Below are positions 1 to 13,686 of a stretch of DNA of 64,000 nucleotides, piece after piece. Both the position numbers and the translations under genes were made by a program. The stretch spans positions 16,182,001 through 16,246,000 of the forward strand of contig CM068749.1 of assembly GCA_035084275.1 (NCBI GenBank), in the 5' to 3' direction. The first letter of the stretch is position 1. Each line of letters starts with the position of its first letter. The DNA is from Hydrolagus colliei. Taxonomy: Eukaryota. The notes below the pieces were generated by a model. It was given only the letters and a program-made list of their open reading frames with translations, searched no databases and was not told the origin of the DNA.

Positions 1-1119
1 GGATTAGGCTAATTAATCTTATGCTGACAGTAGCCTGAGCAGAGTTTTTCTAATCATTCATGCACGCACAATGCGCTCTGTAAAATCACCCTGTTTTTAT
101 TTGCATAAAGTGTCTTGTTAATGGAACTGCTACATTAAAATTGATCAGACAAGCCATATGTAGTCCGTACCATTTACTCAGTGAATTGCAGTATCCTAAA
201 AGACAGTGGACCAGCAGTGCTTGCTTCCTGTGCTTAATTCACTGTTACATTATCTGTACGTTAGAACCCAAGTAGAGCCACAATTGATTAACTGATTTAG
301 TTGATTCAATGTAATTACTTTCTGACGGGATTTTAATGGTCTCCTGTTTTTTTGTTACTTTAAAAAAAACTTCCACAAGAATGACTAGCGACCTGTGCAG
401 TATTCAGTCAAACCTTTTATTAAAGGGAAATGACCCCATAAAGCACCGTGTAGGAGCTCAGCTTTTATCCTCTTGAATGTAAAAGTACACTAATGCATTG
501 ACGATTTAAATAGAAAGTGAATCTCCTTTTCATTTCCACCAACAATTCCCTGCACGTTTCGTGAAAGCACTTATTTTGCAAGCAATTAACATGTTATTTA
601 ATTAATGATAACTTAGATCAGCGATGCAAGCAGGAATCTTGCGCTTTCCTTTTTCCGCCCTCCTTCCTCCTTGGAGGTGGAATGTTGACTGCTCTCTCAC
701 AAAACTGTTCTTTCTGCTGCTTTTCTTTACAGCGATGCTCTAAGCAGAGGTGTGAGGCACTGAGATCCACCTAAATAGGTGGTAGACAGAAGCACCTCTG
801 GTAGGAAGTGACATTGTTGGACTGTGGCTGAGCCCAAGAGTACACTATAGTGTTGGTGTTTCTCGCTCACTGGCCTGTGTAAACTGGTCTATTTGAACTT
901 TCCCCAGCCATTAGCCTCCAAAAACGGTCATGAATCATGCCTGCAAAATGATTGATAGATTCCATGGCACCCACACTTTCTGGCAATATTTTTCAGCTGG
1001 TTGTATAATGCAAATGTAGCCCTCTCTTTCCTCACCTACATACTTTTGCAATAAAAAATAGACAGCCATCTCATACATATCATTAACCTGCTAAGCATGC
1101 TGGCAAGCTACACACGCTC

Positions 1120-1245
1120 AGCTGTGATGTTCCCATGGTTGAATAGCCTGCCAGCACTCACTGTCAAAGCTCACACATGAATAATGGCCATTTGGTGAGG
1201 TACTGAGAGCAACCAGCACTGTGGAACCATGCCCAGGCATAAGGA
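1120..1245 (+). repeat. Dispersed repeat fragment; related copy at ~59731-59790
   Basis: ctcactgtcaaagctcacacatgaataatggccatttggtgaggtactgagag vs ctcactgcgcaagctcacacaagaataattatcacttgggtggggtactagaag. Confidence 0.55.
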
Positions 1246-1837
1246 AAGAGGGGTGGGGAGGGGGGGTGGGGGGAATTCCTTGGTGACAAAAAAAACATTA
1301 ATTATTCTCCATGTAATATTTAAAGTTGTTTACTAATTATTTCTCTGCTGGAGCTACATTTTCCATTCCCTAATCTGCATTTTCATATAAATTTTTTTAA
1401 AGCATCAAATATTTGATAACGGGGCAAGGAGTCAGTCAATGCTGCCTACTCATTTGCATGCAATAACAACGGTTAATAAACTTTGAAGATCACTAATATT
1501 GTTTTACTTTCCTTTGGTTCATAAGTAAATTCCTACAATATGTAGGCTCTGAATTTGTAAGTAGTGGTGGAAAGCTCATCTCCATTGAGACCTCACACAG
1601 GTGAGATGAAAAAGCTAGAAAATCACGAAACATTAAAATACATAAATCATTTGCTACAGAAACATTCTCTACATAATTGCCTTTGTGTACTGCCGGATTT
1701 GCTAGGTTGCTTTTGTTGCTTCCCTGAATGTCTACATTGAACACACGCTGTTTTATTGCATATTTGAAAACGCCATGAAATGTCGAAGCAAACCTGCCGT
1801 GAAACGGTACTAATGAGATTTGTTTCAATGGATCCAG

Positions 1838-2021
1838 GCAATTGTGGACACTGTTGACAACTTGTTGAGAACCGAAGCACTGGATTCGTGGAAAGATATG
1901 AATTCAACAGAGCAGGCTCACACTGCCACTATGTTGCTGGACACGCTGGAGGAAGGGGCTTTTGTCCTGGCAGACAATCTAATTGAACCAGCCAGAGTCA
2001 AAGTACCCACTGATAATATAG
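1838..2021 (+). CDS. ADGRL2: ADGRL2 exon, GAIN domain ([61 protein letters not shown])
   Basis: Acceptor tccag|GCA, donor ATAG|gtgagt; 184 nt, phase 0 to 1; branch-point-like TACTAAT at 1808-1814. Confidence 0.95.
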
Positions 2022-5000
2022 GTGAGTGGCACGTATGTTAGAGCGGAGATCCACAACACAGATCTGTCAGGTTCAGTTGTGAAAACTCTTCCTGTTTGTA
2101 AATCAAACACTTGGCACAAATGCTTTCGTGAGGCCAAAAAAGGTGGAATCATTGCCTGCCTTTGACAGAAGTGATATATTTCAAAAGGGAATAAATGTCA
2201 ACATTCCATTCTGTTGCAAGGAAGCTTGATGATAAACGGGTTTTCCTAAACTGAATAATCTGCGGATCAAAGTTACTAATAAGTGAGCATGAAAAGACTT
2301 TTGGATGTTAGCGAGAGAGTATCATTTCATTCAAACATTTAAGAACACGATCAGGAAGAAGTAAAAGAAACGGGAATGAGCTGCAGCTCACTCAAATCTC
2401 ACTCTTCAATCTGCAGATTTGACACAAAGATTGTGGATTTGTTTTAGACAAATAATCCCCCCCCACTGCTCAAAATGATGTAAGTTACATGTGTGGTGGA
2501 AGTTTCTAAATCCAATGTAGATCAAGGAAGCATTCAGTTCATCTGTTCCTTGGAAATTGATACCATTCAAAGTTCTGTATCCACACTGATTTCAATTAAC
2601 ATTAAACTCATATGTAAGTTTCCAACAAATGGTTATTGGGGACTTTCCTGTCCCCAAAGTTGTGCGCTAGATTTAAAAAGAGCAAAACCGGTTTGGTATT
2701 GTATTGACCACTTTGGGATTGCATTTATTGCATAGCAGGAATAGCCAGATATGGAGGAAACTATCTATATAAGAATGGAGGTTGTGGAGTAAATACTCGA
2801 TCGGTGATATGTAACACATCATTGTAAACTGTGACCAATTTTAATTATCGATTAGTCCACAAACGTAACAGTGTCATGTATTGGACTTCCAGTGACATTG
2901 GAGAGTCGGTTGGTGGATACCATTTTATTTGGGTTGCATTAAGCTACTTGCAGGAGCGACTGACATCATTGTTTATGTTGAACAACATCATCAGGCACTC
3001 AAACAGGAGCAAAGCCATTGTTAGTTATTTATTTTTGTGATCTCCAGTACCCAAATAACTGAGGATGTGCCTGTAATTCATGTAACTTAACTCCCAGCCT
3101 TTTCAATTGTTCCACTGCTGTATTGTGCTGGTTGTGGAGGATGTTTTGGAATGTCATAGAGTCTGGACTCTCTAGCCCAACCCCTTTCATTCCAGAGTTG
3201 GACCTACATGGAGGCAACAGGAGATCAAAATATGTAAGGAAGGGAAAACTGTCCGCTTTGCATTACGAGTTGCCTCCAGAGTTGGCCTTGCCTCTGGTCT
3301 CGAAATATAAAAGCATTATACATATTGCTACCCATTGCTGGAAATGCCTAGAAGCAAATCAGACTGTTTGTGTCAGCAACCTGATGCTGTAGGGCTGATT
3401 TTAAATGGATTTTAAATGGATTTTTGAGGCAAGAGCTATTACCTCAACCAGATTGGAGTAATTAACTCTGCACTGTTTATTCTGTGGAATTGGATGTAAA
3501 GTGGTTGTAAATTCAGAACAAATGTGAACTTTAGCGATGTACTGTAAACAAGGCATCAAAGTGCCTCAGGTAAAGTAAGTCTTGGAGTCATTGCGCATCA
3601 TCACATTGTATCCTAATGACTTGCAGTCTAATAAACATTGAAAATTGAGAAAGAAAGTATTGTTCTGATAGATTTAAGAATTTAAAACAGCAATGTTTGA
3701 GGAAAGGTCATTTCACTACTGATCCCAATTGGGAGTCAATGTACAGCCTGTTAAAGAAGGGACTGATATACTGTATATCCTTCCATAAACTGTACTCAAT
3801 CATTGACTTCCTATGCGTTAGTCTGTAAAACTGCACAAGAGATATCTCTCCTCCAGTTTCATGTACAATTCCATTGTTTGTGGAATTCCTAATCACATGC
3901 ATCATTGTTTGTTTCTTTTACCCCACTGATATACATCAGAACCCATTAAACCTAAGCCTTGTGGACACCCCAAACTTTGAGTTTCTTCGCAACAATGGAA
4001 TGTTTTACTGAAACCTCATTACATTATATATTGACACAAAACTAAGAATGTATCTCCCAGGTCATCTAACCAAATGGCTTAATATCATCAGTATGAGCAG
4101 TTAAAATTGTCAGGCAGGAAACTGGACCGTTGAATGGATACTATCGCCTATTTTCTTGATTTCTTGACTTTTGTGCAACCTTTTGCAATTTGCCCAGCAG
4201 GAATTAATCTTGCACACCATAGGTAAGACTCTCAGCACAAATATGATATGAATTCAGTTGGGTCAATTTGAATTCCAAACAGGCACCCTACTCGGAACAG
4301 ATAAATGTGATCGTTAATTCCAGTAATAACTAAAACCTGATTCTACGCAGTGTACAGCTGCATGGCCTAACTCTGAGTTACAGTGAGTGTAATTGACCAG
4401 CTATTCAATTAATTACTATGCTTAAAGCACCTTTAAATAATGCTTTGCATAAGGTTTTTGTACATGCATTGAACTGAATCTGATATATGTGCTTCGGAAA
4501 CGTATTTGAAAGCATATTCTCACTTTATCCCATGTGTTAATATGCTTCAAGTGATGAGGTGGTTTGTCTAGGCAATAAGTGACGAACCAGCATCTCAAGA
4601 TATTGTGAAACAATAGCAAAATTCCTCAATTCATTCAGAAGAGAAACAGTAGTACTATCAGTACCGGTATTATTTCCAATTAAATCAAGTTCAGTATCAC
4701 AACCTGCTGTACTTACTGGCACTAAAAATGTGGAATATAGTTAGATTGCCTGCAGTCTCGCCACATGGGACAAATATGCAAAATTGCTTAACTTGTCAAA
4801 AGAAAGAATAAAGTGGCAAATCTTGCTGTCCCCCTGTTGAGTGCACTCTTATTATCCAGCAATCTGAAATTCAAAACTGACCCTGCACAGCAACTGTGTT
4901 CAGTGTATCACAGACTTGAGCTGAAAAGGGAAAGTGAAAGTTTTGACACATATCGTTTGCAGTGGGGTGGACTGCTTACCCTACCAACATATATCTGCCC

Positions 5001-5473
5001 ACCGAATGAAATACAGGATGTGATGGTAACAACAGAATCTTATTCATATTCCAGCTCTGTCACCAATGCACTAGTGCTGTAATATAATCACATTCTAAGA
5101 TCCATCTCAGAATTTCTTGACAAATCCGTCTCTTTAGAAATGTAGAGGTAAATTTTTGTTGTTTAAATTCTGTTTGCACAACAATGGAGTGGCTGAATCG
5201 GTGGCTTGACTTAACGAAAACAAGGCTTGTTCCTTTTGTCTGTGGAAGTTTACTAAATACCACTTGCTTTCTGAGCATGTCAGTGCATATCCTCTGAAAT
5301 GGGAGGATGGTGATAGCAGAATAATGATTTTTCAGCACGTGATTGTCTGACACTTTGTAATCTGACTACACAGTAAAAACTTCTGTTTGCTTCTCTCTCT
5401 TTCTCTCCCTTCTCTCGCACTCTCTCTCACACACCCGCTCCCTCCCCTTCGCATTCTTATCTGGCTGATCCAG

Positions 5474-5596
5474 TTCTGGAGGTGGGTGTGCTCGGCACGG
5501 AGGGCCAGGACCAGGACTTCAAGTTTCCCCAAGGCAATATGGGTGGGAATTCGATCCAGCTTTCAGTCAACACTGTCAAACAAAACAGCCGCACTG
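5474..5596 (+). CDS. ADGRL2: ADGRL2 exon, GAIN ([41 protein letters not shown])
   Basis: Long CT-rich tract, ccag|TT acceptor, ACTG|gtaagc donor; 123 nt, phase 1 to 1. Confidence 0.94.
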
Positions 5597-5844
5597 GTAA
5601 GCAAAGCAGCAGCAAACCAGATTCCTCCTCAAGTAAGGATTACTGCTCTCAACTAAATTTGTTTCAACTTTTTCTCCCCACCCCCACTTTGTTAAACATA
5701 TAAAGGTAAGGATTTTACTACTCTGGGCTAAATTTTATTAGCTATAAATAGTCGATCGTCTGAAAGTAAAATCAAAGAGTTGAAGAACAAAGAATACCGC
5801 CAAAAAGCAATGTACAAATAGTAAACCATTTTTTTTGCCAACAG

Positions 5845-6047
5845 GTGTAGCAAAGCTAGTGTTCATTCTGTACAAAAGTTTGGGCCAGTTTCTTACCACA
5901 GAAAATGCAACGATAAATCTGGGTGATACAAACGGACAAAACTATTCCATCGCAGTTAACTCCCACATCATAGCAGCTTCTATCAATAAGGAGTCTATCC
6001 GTGTGTTCCTATCTGATCCAGTAGTTTTCACATTGGAGCACCTGGAT
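5845..6047 (+). CDS. ADGRL2: ADGRL2 exon, GAIN ([17 protein letters not shown]...[11 protein letters not shown])
   Basis: acag|GT acceptor, GAT|gtaagt donor; 203 nt, phase 1 to 0. Confidence 0.95.
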
Positions 6048-6181
6048 GTAAGTTGACTGGCTGAGTTAAATGAATGTCAGAAGGTTAACATTGTTGAATA
6101 AAAATAGAAAGCAAATGTCTCTATTAGAAGAGTTGATTTAGTCACAGAACCTATATTAAATGAGTTTGCTTCACTGATTAG

Positions 6182-6240
6182 TAATAATAATAATAATCCT
6201 TGCATTTGATATAGCACTTTTTATATCTTCTAGACGTCTG
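6182..6240 (-). repeat. 3' tail fragment of the same SINE family
   Basis: taataataatccttgcatttgatatagcac...tcttctagacgtct. Confidence 0.7.
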
Positions 6241-6406
6241 TGTACAGCCTCGGTTTGCTCTAAATAAACGCCTGCTCTTCAATCAGTTAGATTTTGACAG
6301 CCGTATCTTTCAGATCTAAAATTCTGAAATAATCTGTGTGGCCTGGAGCCTACATGTGAAAAAGCTTGACATGTTCTTTCCCTTTCTCCCTTGCAATTTA
6401 TTATAG

Positions 6407-6580
6407 CCTGACAACTATTTTAATGCAAACTGCTCATTCTGGAACTACTCTGAACGCACCATGATGGGTTACTGGTCCACCAAAGGCTGCAGGCTAGTGG
6501 ACACCAATAAGACTCATACAACCTGTGAGTGTCACCACTTGACCAACTTCGCAATCCTCATGGCCCACAAGGAGATTGAG
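6407..6580 (+). CDS. ADGRL2: ADGRL2 exon, GPS motif and tethered agonist ([45 protein letters not shown]|[13 protein letters not shown])
   Basis: atag|CCT, GAG|gtgagt; 174 nt, phase 0 to 0; conserved Cys/Trp residues and HL|T cleavage site (L 6539-6541, T 6542-6544). Absent from the ORF track. Confidence 0.96.
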
Positions 6581-6925
6581 GTGAGTCCATAACGCATTCC
6601 TCAGACTCATGCTCTCCAAACAGCAACATCGTAAATGCAGACAGAATAAAGTACAGCTGCCATTTCGCTCAATTGCACTATTGTTTGCAGACAAGTTCCC
6701 CCCACTTTTTGTTTAAAAAAAATGAATCACTTCCAGTGTGTGTAAAACAAAAAAGGATTAGCCTGATGATTGACGGTCATTGAGCATTTATTTCCCAGTA
6801 TCGCCTATAAAAGGAGATCGTAAATTTCTGGCCGCCTCCTGCTGAAATGATGAATGGAAACATAGCTGTTCTTCTGTTTGTATTGATAAACAGCCATATT
6901 AATTCTGACCATACTTCATTTCCAG

Positions 6926-7135
6926 TACAAAAGTGGAATGCATGAATTGCTCCTCTCTGTCATCACCTGGGTGGGAATCGTCATCTCCCTGATCTGCCTG
7001 GCTATTTGCATCTTTACTTTCTGCTTCTTCCGAGGTCTCCAAAGTGACCGCAACACCATCCACAAGAACCTGTGCATTAATTTGTTTATTGCTGAGTTCA
7101 TTTTCTTAATCGGCATCGATAAGGTTAAATACGAG
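6926..7135 (+). CDS. ADGRL2: ADGRL2 exon, TM1-TM2 ([17 protein letters not shown]...IGIDKVKYE)
   Basis: tccag|TAC, GAG|gtaatg; 210 nt, phase 0 to 0. Confidence 0.96.
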
Positions 7136-9428
7136 GTAATGTGTCGCTCTTTGTATTGATTTTGCAAAATGATAGCCTTGGAAAATGGCTTTTGTTTGAA
7201 ATGAATGAGAATTTAAATATGACTCTGCTCTCCTGACCTTGTGGATCAAACTGCCGCAGTGGTGTTATATAGGCTTATGATTCAAGGCCTCTTGATTGGT
7301 GGCCATGTTTAACTGTGATATTGAACAAGCGGAGGGTGTTGGAGAGTTCATAAATCAAGGTGCTGTTATGGGCTGCATCTCTGCAACCTTTACAGAGACT
7401 TCCACAACCTCTCCATTCCTTAAAGATATAATATGATGGGTCAGAGGTTTGCTATCTAACACTGTCACCATTTGTCTTTTTGATTAAAGAGCATTCTCCT
7501 GGCTGTTTCATTGAAAGATTTGGTTATTGGCAATGTAGAAAGGCAGCCATAAATGCACTGATCCAGAAGATATTGAGTTAATTTTTGGTGGGGGGCAGGG
7601 ACTTTCTCACATATTATTCAAGTTTTTTTTTCCATCTGTATCAACATGTTGTGCTCTTTCATATGGCATGTTGCCATTCCCTGAGGCAGCCCACCCCACC
7701 CCCACCCCGACCACCCCACCCTGTGTAGGAAATGGGTGCAAAGAGTTTGTCCCTGAGCATTTTGGAGGGAGCAAATGGACTGAGATGCTAATTCCTCTAT
7801 GTTCAATGTAAACTAGTATTCTCCAGCCTTACAATAACTATTTAACCATGCAGCTTTCTCCCACAATACAATCATTTTTTTGAATTGAGATATTAACACT
7901 TGAAGAACATTATTGAAAGCTTGATTAATGTTGGTACCTCAGGTGTCCATTTAGCAGGAGGCTGTGAATGTGAAGTGGTGACAGCAAATATTGGGATTTC
8001 TATCCTTGACTGACAACTCACCTGACTTTACCAAAATGTTCAGATGGGATTGTCTGCTAAATACCTAACATTTGGATCTGGTAACTTAATCTTAAATCGT
8101 TAGGCAGCAAAATAACTTATTTGTCAAATAGAATCTGAAATATTTGAAATTAATACTTTTGGAGATTTGGATTTCAATAAAATCTGGTATTATTTAGCAG
8201 TTACCTGTCCAATATATTTACAACATTTATTGCTAATTATTACTATTAGACACAGATTTTAATTTGCTGTGAACCTAGCATGGAATATTGACTTCTCGTA
8301 TCTGTTTCTGAAGGTACTTTAGCGTAACTACTCAAACAGATGTGACACATTTCCACACTCATAAGTGTGTAGTAGTGTTCTGTTAGGGAGTAGACATTTG
8401 GGGAGCATCACATTTTAGTAAGGGCAAATTAAATGGCACAATAGAGTATAAAACTGTTTTGAACAAAACATCCCAAATTACAGAGTATTTTAATGCTTAA
8501 CAACTCATCAAATCCTTGGTAATTTCTGTTCATTTACTTTTCTAATCTCCCGCCTTCCCTCATCAAAAATTCATCTTGTGGTATAACTATTTCAGAGGTC
8601 GGATAGATAAGATGCATATGCGATCTGCATTATGTTTTTTTAATGTAATTACATGGGAAAGCGATGAATTATTTAAAAAATGCAAAGTTTGAAATTAGGT
8701 TTGCAGTGATTAGTCATTTATATAAATGTCAATGCTGTGTTCTGAGAGTTTGGTGTCATTAGAGTAATTTTTAGAGGATGTAGAGACAAAGAGATTGAGT
8801 TAATAATGTTTCGCACAGTAGAGTTCCTTGTTGTTTTCACTGAAACTGGCAATTTGGAAAACTGCTCCTTCCAATCAGTTGAGTAGCCTGACCTTTCCCC
8901 TGGAATAGATGAGGACCAAAATAATTGTTGTGTTTGATTTCAGTCTTTTGTTTGATAAGTGTCTAGAAAGAAAGTACTTGCATATTCGTAATAGCACCTT
9001 CTCACCTTGAAACATCGCCGACTGCTTTGGGTATTTGTTGGCAAACATTTGCACCAGCACGCTCCCACAAAGAGCCATGAAGTTAGTGACCAATTAATCA
9101 GGGGGGGATTATTGGCTAGGACATCAGGAAGAACTCCTTTTTCTTTTTCAACTTCCCTTCTCTTTACCTTCCACTTGAAAACAGGCAGACTAGATCTTAG
9201 TTTTAACACCCCTGAAGATGTTAAGTTAATCGAACAATAACAGTTCTGACAATGCTGTGCTCTAGGCCTGCACTGGAACTCCAGCCTAAACCTCGAAATC
9301 CAGTCTGAAGGTGTAAATGCTAAGATAAACTTTGGGCAGTAATATATCCAGCAGTTTGAAAAGTGTAGTTGAAGCTTATGCTTTTTGTAATTTATTTGTA
9401 ACGATAAATTAATCTTTGTCTGTTGCAG

Positions 9429-9649
9429 ATTGCCTGTCCCATTTTTGCTGGCGTGCTGCACTTTTTCTTCCTTGCTGCATTCGCTTGGATGTGCTTAGAA
9501 GGTGTCCAGCTCTATCTCCTGTTGGTGGAGGTATTTGAAAGTGAATACTCTCGGAAAAAGTACTTTTACCTCTGCGGTTACCTCTTTCCAGCTATTGTTG
9601 TGGGAGTCTCTACAGCTATCGACTATGAGAGTTACGGAACAGAGAAAGC
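9429..9649 (+). CDS. ADGRL2: ADGRL2 exon, TM3-TM4 ([25 protein letters not shown]...YESYGTEKA)
   Basis: tgcag|ATT, GC|gtaagt; 221 nt, phase 0 to 2. Confidence 0.96.
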
Positions 9650-10669
9650 GTAAGTAATGGCAGGCAACTTAAACATTCCGCATTTTGTTGATCATAAGGA
9701 GAATTACTGTAAGCTGGGCAGTCTGTCAGCAGGATACAGACAGCATAACAAAAGCGCTAATGTTAATAGAATGGATACGGTGCATGCAAATTGCATTCAA
9801 GTAATTTGTGATTCTCCAAGCGCACCGGGGTTGCTGTACTGGAAAGGCAGCAAGATTTCAGATTATGCACCGTCCCTGATGCACAGAAGACTTGACCTGA
9901 AACAAATTGGGAAGTAAATACTTCTTGGCTACAAATGGACACTAAGTGAAAAACTTCTCAAGCAAAAATACCTGACTAGCTTAAGAGCATGGTTTTAGGT
10001 TAATGCTTCATGAAATACCTTTGTGCAAAAAATAAACCCTCTCCCTCAGCAAACTATTTTTTTTGTTGTTGAGGCAAACAATGTTTTGTTTGTGTTCTGT
10101 TCAATGTTACAATCCAGTCTGGTGGGTGGGTGGAGGTGCATGTGTGAATGTATTCGCCTGAAGACACGCCATGTTAATGGAAGTCTTAGCTTCTGTTTTA
10201 TTACAAGAGAAATGTGCCCATCTTGCAGGACAATGTTGGATTTACTCTTGGAACTGTGGCCTCTATCTACACACCCACATAAATAGAGCAAATGCTATCT
10301 GATTAGGATTAATTGGACATCAAAGGTTAAACTGTAATATCTAAGATGTAAAGGACTTTGAAAATAGACCAAAAAGAAAGTTATTCTTTTGAAGAATAAA
10401 CCATTTTTGATACCATAATCTATCATTTCTAATCGATTATCGTTCCTTGCTGCCTCAGTTCCTTTTTAAGATGAAAATCTTTATCAAATTGAATGGATCT
10501 TATCAGAGTTTGATGGCATTTTGAAAAGCATATTTCTACCTGGCCAATTTTAAGTGTTATATTTTTAGATATACAAGGAAAGAGTAATAACAATTCCTAG
10601 CTAAATTGTAACTAGGAATTCTTTTGAAATTGAATTTTGATTAATTATTTCTCTTTCCTCTCACTACAG

Positions 10670-10736
10670 CTGCTGGCTGAGAATTGATAATCACTTCATT
10701 TGGAGTTTCATTGGACCAGTTACATTTATTATTATG
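10670..10736 (+). CDS. ADGRL2: ADGRL2 exon, ECL2/TM5 ([22 protein letters not shown])
   Basis: tacag|C, ATG|gtgagg; 67 nt, phase 2 to 0. Confidence 0.95.
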
Positions 10737-13594
10737 GTGAGGCCATTGGCTTTCTTAACTGCTTGTTTTATTTTTATTTGTTTATTTTTAAAGGTCGAAA
10801 GCCCGGGAGAATATTTTAAAATAAAGCAACTTTCAACACTTAGGGATTTGAAAATATAGTGTTTGAACGTACCAGAGGCAGGCTGAGTGATATTTCCACT
10901 TGCCATCAACAGATGCAATAACACAATTTACATTCTGCTTCACAATGTAAATCATCACACTACATAATGCAGGGCAGGAAATATAGCTTATAACATTCCA
11001 AGTTTTTTTTAAATCTACAAGAGGCCAACTTATTTTTCATGTAAAGGAAGCTTCCTTTTTCTGTTGTTGTTAAGCAATTTCTAAGGCTACATGTAGACCC
11101 AGCAGTTTTGATATCCATTTAATATACGTAAATAAATTCTCAGGAAGCGGAATTGGAATTGGGCCAAGTACAACTGTCATTTTGCCAAGACACCCTATAA
11201 TAAAACAAAGGATGCAAGGGTTTTCACGTACAGTATTTTCAAGCAGAAGTTCTGCTCCTTGCTTTTTTTTTGCTCACCAACAGTAGGTGACCTGTCCACA
11301 GTGACACTATTAAATCTTTCTATAAACAGAACATTTTATTGGAGGTGGGAACATTTTATTGGAAGCTCCAGGAATTGCCTCAGTATTTGTGACTAGACTG
11401 CAGAGAACAAATAAACCTAAATGAATGGCACTCAGTTACATTGGCCATGCTTGGTCACAGTTCACTCTTCTTTACCTGGCACGAGATTATTATCTGCCAG
11501 CAAATCATTTAGTCTTGCAACTGAAGGACACCAGGGAGTTGTGGTGCCAGCCTCCAAATGAAATAGCAAGTGGCAATCAAAGTGTAGTAGAACAGGTTCC
11601 TACGAATACTATACTTCTAATCTTCCAATTGCTTTGCCCTCTGATCATCCCATCAGGCAAAGACAAGAGAGTGCACAAAACAGTAAGTGCTAGAATGCAG
11701 TGGAGCAATCGGTTTGGGGAGCTGTGTCATTAACAGCTATCCAATAGGGCTTTAAAACATGCGTAACCTGTAAATTATTTTGGTTTAAAATATGATTTTA
11801 TTCTTATCTTTGTGAAACTGTACACCCTGCCCAGGCTTCCAAGCCAAAGCCACGCACAAAAGTGCCCCATAAAGGCATAATTTTGTCAGCTCCAGCGTTC
11901 CTATGAAGTGTCGTGCCTGTGGGTGCGAAGGTTATCATATCTATGAAAACCTGTATGTAAGTAATGAGCAGTGGGAAGCCATTAGTATGCCTGAATTGCT
12001 TTAATGAAAGCTTAGATCATGACACGTCAATAGCTGTTCTTATCATTTGGACAGCTCCATCTGCACCTTTAATATTTAATTCAGTTCATTTAGAGTTCAG
12101 CTTGCACACATGCTCTGAAGCCGTTCTTCAGAGAGTATTTTTGTAGCCGAGCAGTCCCAGAGAGGAATGGGCTTTTGCATGGCTAGCAGCAAAGATTTTT
12201 AAAAATGAGCGAGGCTTTAGAGCTACTTTCACTAGGTAACGGAGACTCCAGGGAGGATGAAGCGAGTGGAAACATGTTCAGTTCAGATAGGTTACTTTAA
12301 AATAGTGTTTCACTGCTTGCGTCTCATTGTATCCATGTCAGTTCTGCAGGCTGTGTGAAATGAATTTTAAAGCACTAAGCTTTGGTAGATGTGATTCGAC
12401 TGGGCAGGTTGATGGCTATAAAATACACTCTGCGCTCCAGTAATCTGTAGTCTGCAGTTGAACTCTTTAAACTGCTGTAGATTGTAGTGCTAACACTTTG
12501 CTGCAGCCACTTAACATTTAGTAAAAGGAAGCGATAAGACTGTTACTTTACCTGGTTTATCTAGGTATGATCAGCAGTTCATTTATTTGTTAGCCTTCGC
12601 CAGTTCTACACAGTTATGGCGCCAACCTAGAACAATTTAAAAAGAAATGTCGTATAAGATAATCGTCTTAGGAAGGATCCAAATTGTTTGCAGTCTCAGT
12701 TGTATTTTTCCCCTTGACAAATATGCAGTTTTCACTCCCCACCAAATTCCTCTGCAATTTCATACAGACTCTCATACCCAGGTAATGTAATTGCATATAC
12801 CGGTATCTGTCTTTAAAGGACGGTGTAGAAATAGCAGGCCTAATATAAAGCAATGGGAAACATCCCTGGCTTATTCATCTACTAATTGATAGCTTCATCT
12901 ACTGACGTTTTGAATATTTTATTGGAAAGGTAATGATTTATATTATTTTGTACAAAATTATATCACAAGATAGTACTTTTGATTAAATCCTAGTAGTGAA
13001 TGAGATGTTTCAAGCTTTTTCCACATTGATCTATGAGGCTGTGCATCAATGCAAACCTTTTTATATCCAACTCCTTCATCGCTGAGTTTCTTGTAATATT
13101 GATAGGTTCTATAAACTTAAATGCATTTTAATAAATGTTGGGGTTCTCTTTTATATAATAGGAGCCTCAAATCATAGCCTAACTGCTTTTGAAAGCTTTA
13201 TTTCTGTGAATATTTTATTGATTTTAAAGGAAAAATAAATGTGTTAAATAACTGCACTTTGTACCCTTGTCTGTTGCGTAATATCCAGCAGTTGAGTTTT
13301 AAAGATTTAATGCAATATTAAAATCCCACCGTCAAAATTTGATATAAAGCCTGGATTTCCCACTGGAAGCAAACTTACATTTTATGCGACAGCAAGATTC
13401 AAATCATTTTTGCATTTTTAAGTTAATGCTGATCATTAATTGTACAAAAGAATAATTTCGGAACAAGCAATTTTCGAATAATGTTCATCCCGGAACCATT
13501 CATTTCCAATAAAAATGTATTCTAAAACCGTTTCTCTCAGTACCTTGGAATTTGCTTTATAAATATCAATTGTTGTTGTTTTTAACATCAATAG

Positions 13595-13686
13595 GTTAAT
13601 CTTATCTTCTTGGTTATCACCTTGTACAAAATGGTGAAGCATACATCAACCCTGAAACCAGATTCGAGCAGATTGGAAAACATAAA
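13595..13686 (+). CDS. ADGRL2: ADGRL2 exon, TM5/ICL3 ([30 protein letters not shown])
   Basis: atag|GTT, AA|gtaagt; 92 nt, phase 0 to 2. Confidence 0.95.

Noticed and set aside
1250-1273. G-rich run with G-quadruplex potential
   Set aside because: Simple G/C runs are frequent here (also ~19290 and ~38342); no sign of function
8940-9461. 173-aa minus-strand ORF
   Set aside because: Mostly intronic, no recognisable domain, no support from splice or compositional signals
10592-10620. 9-bp hairpin AATTCCTAG/CTAGGAATT upstream of an exon
   Set aside because: Expected by chance in AT-rich sequence; the exon looks constitutive
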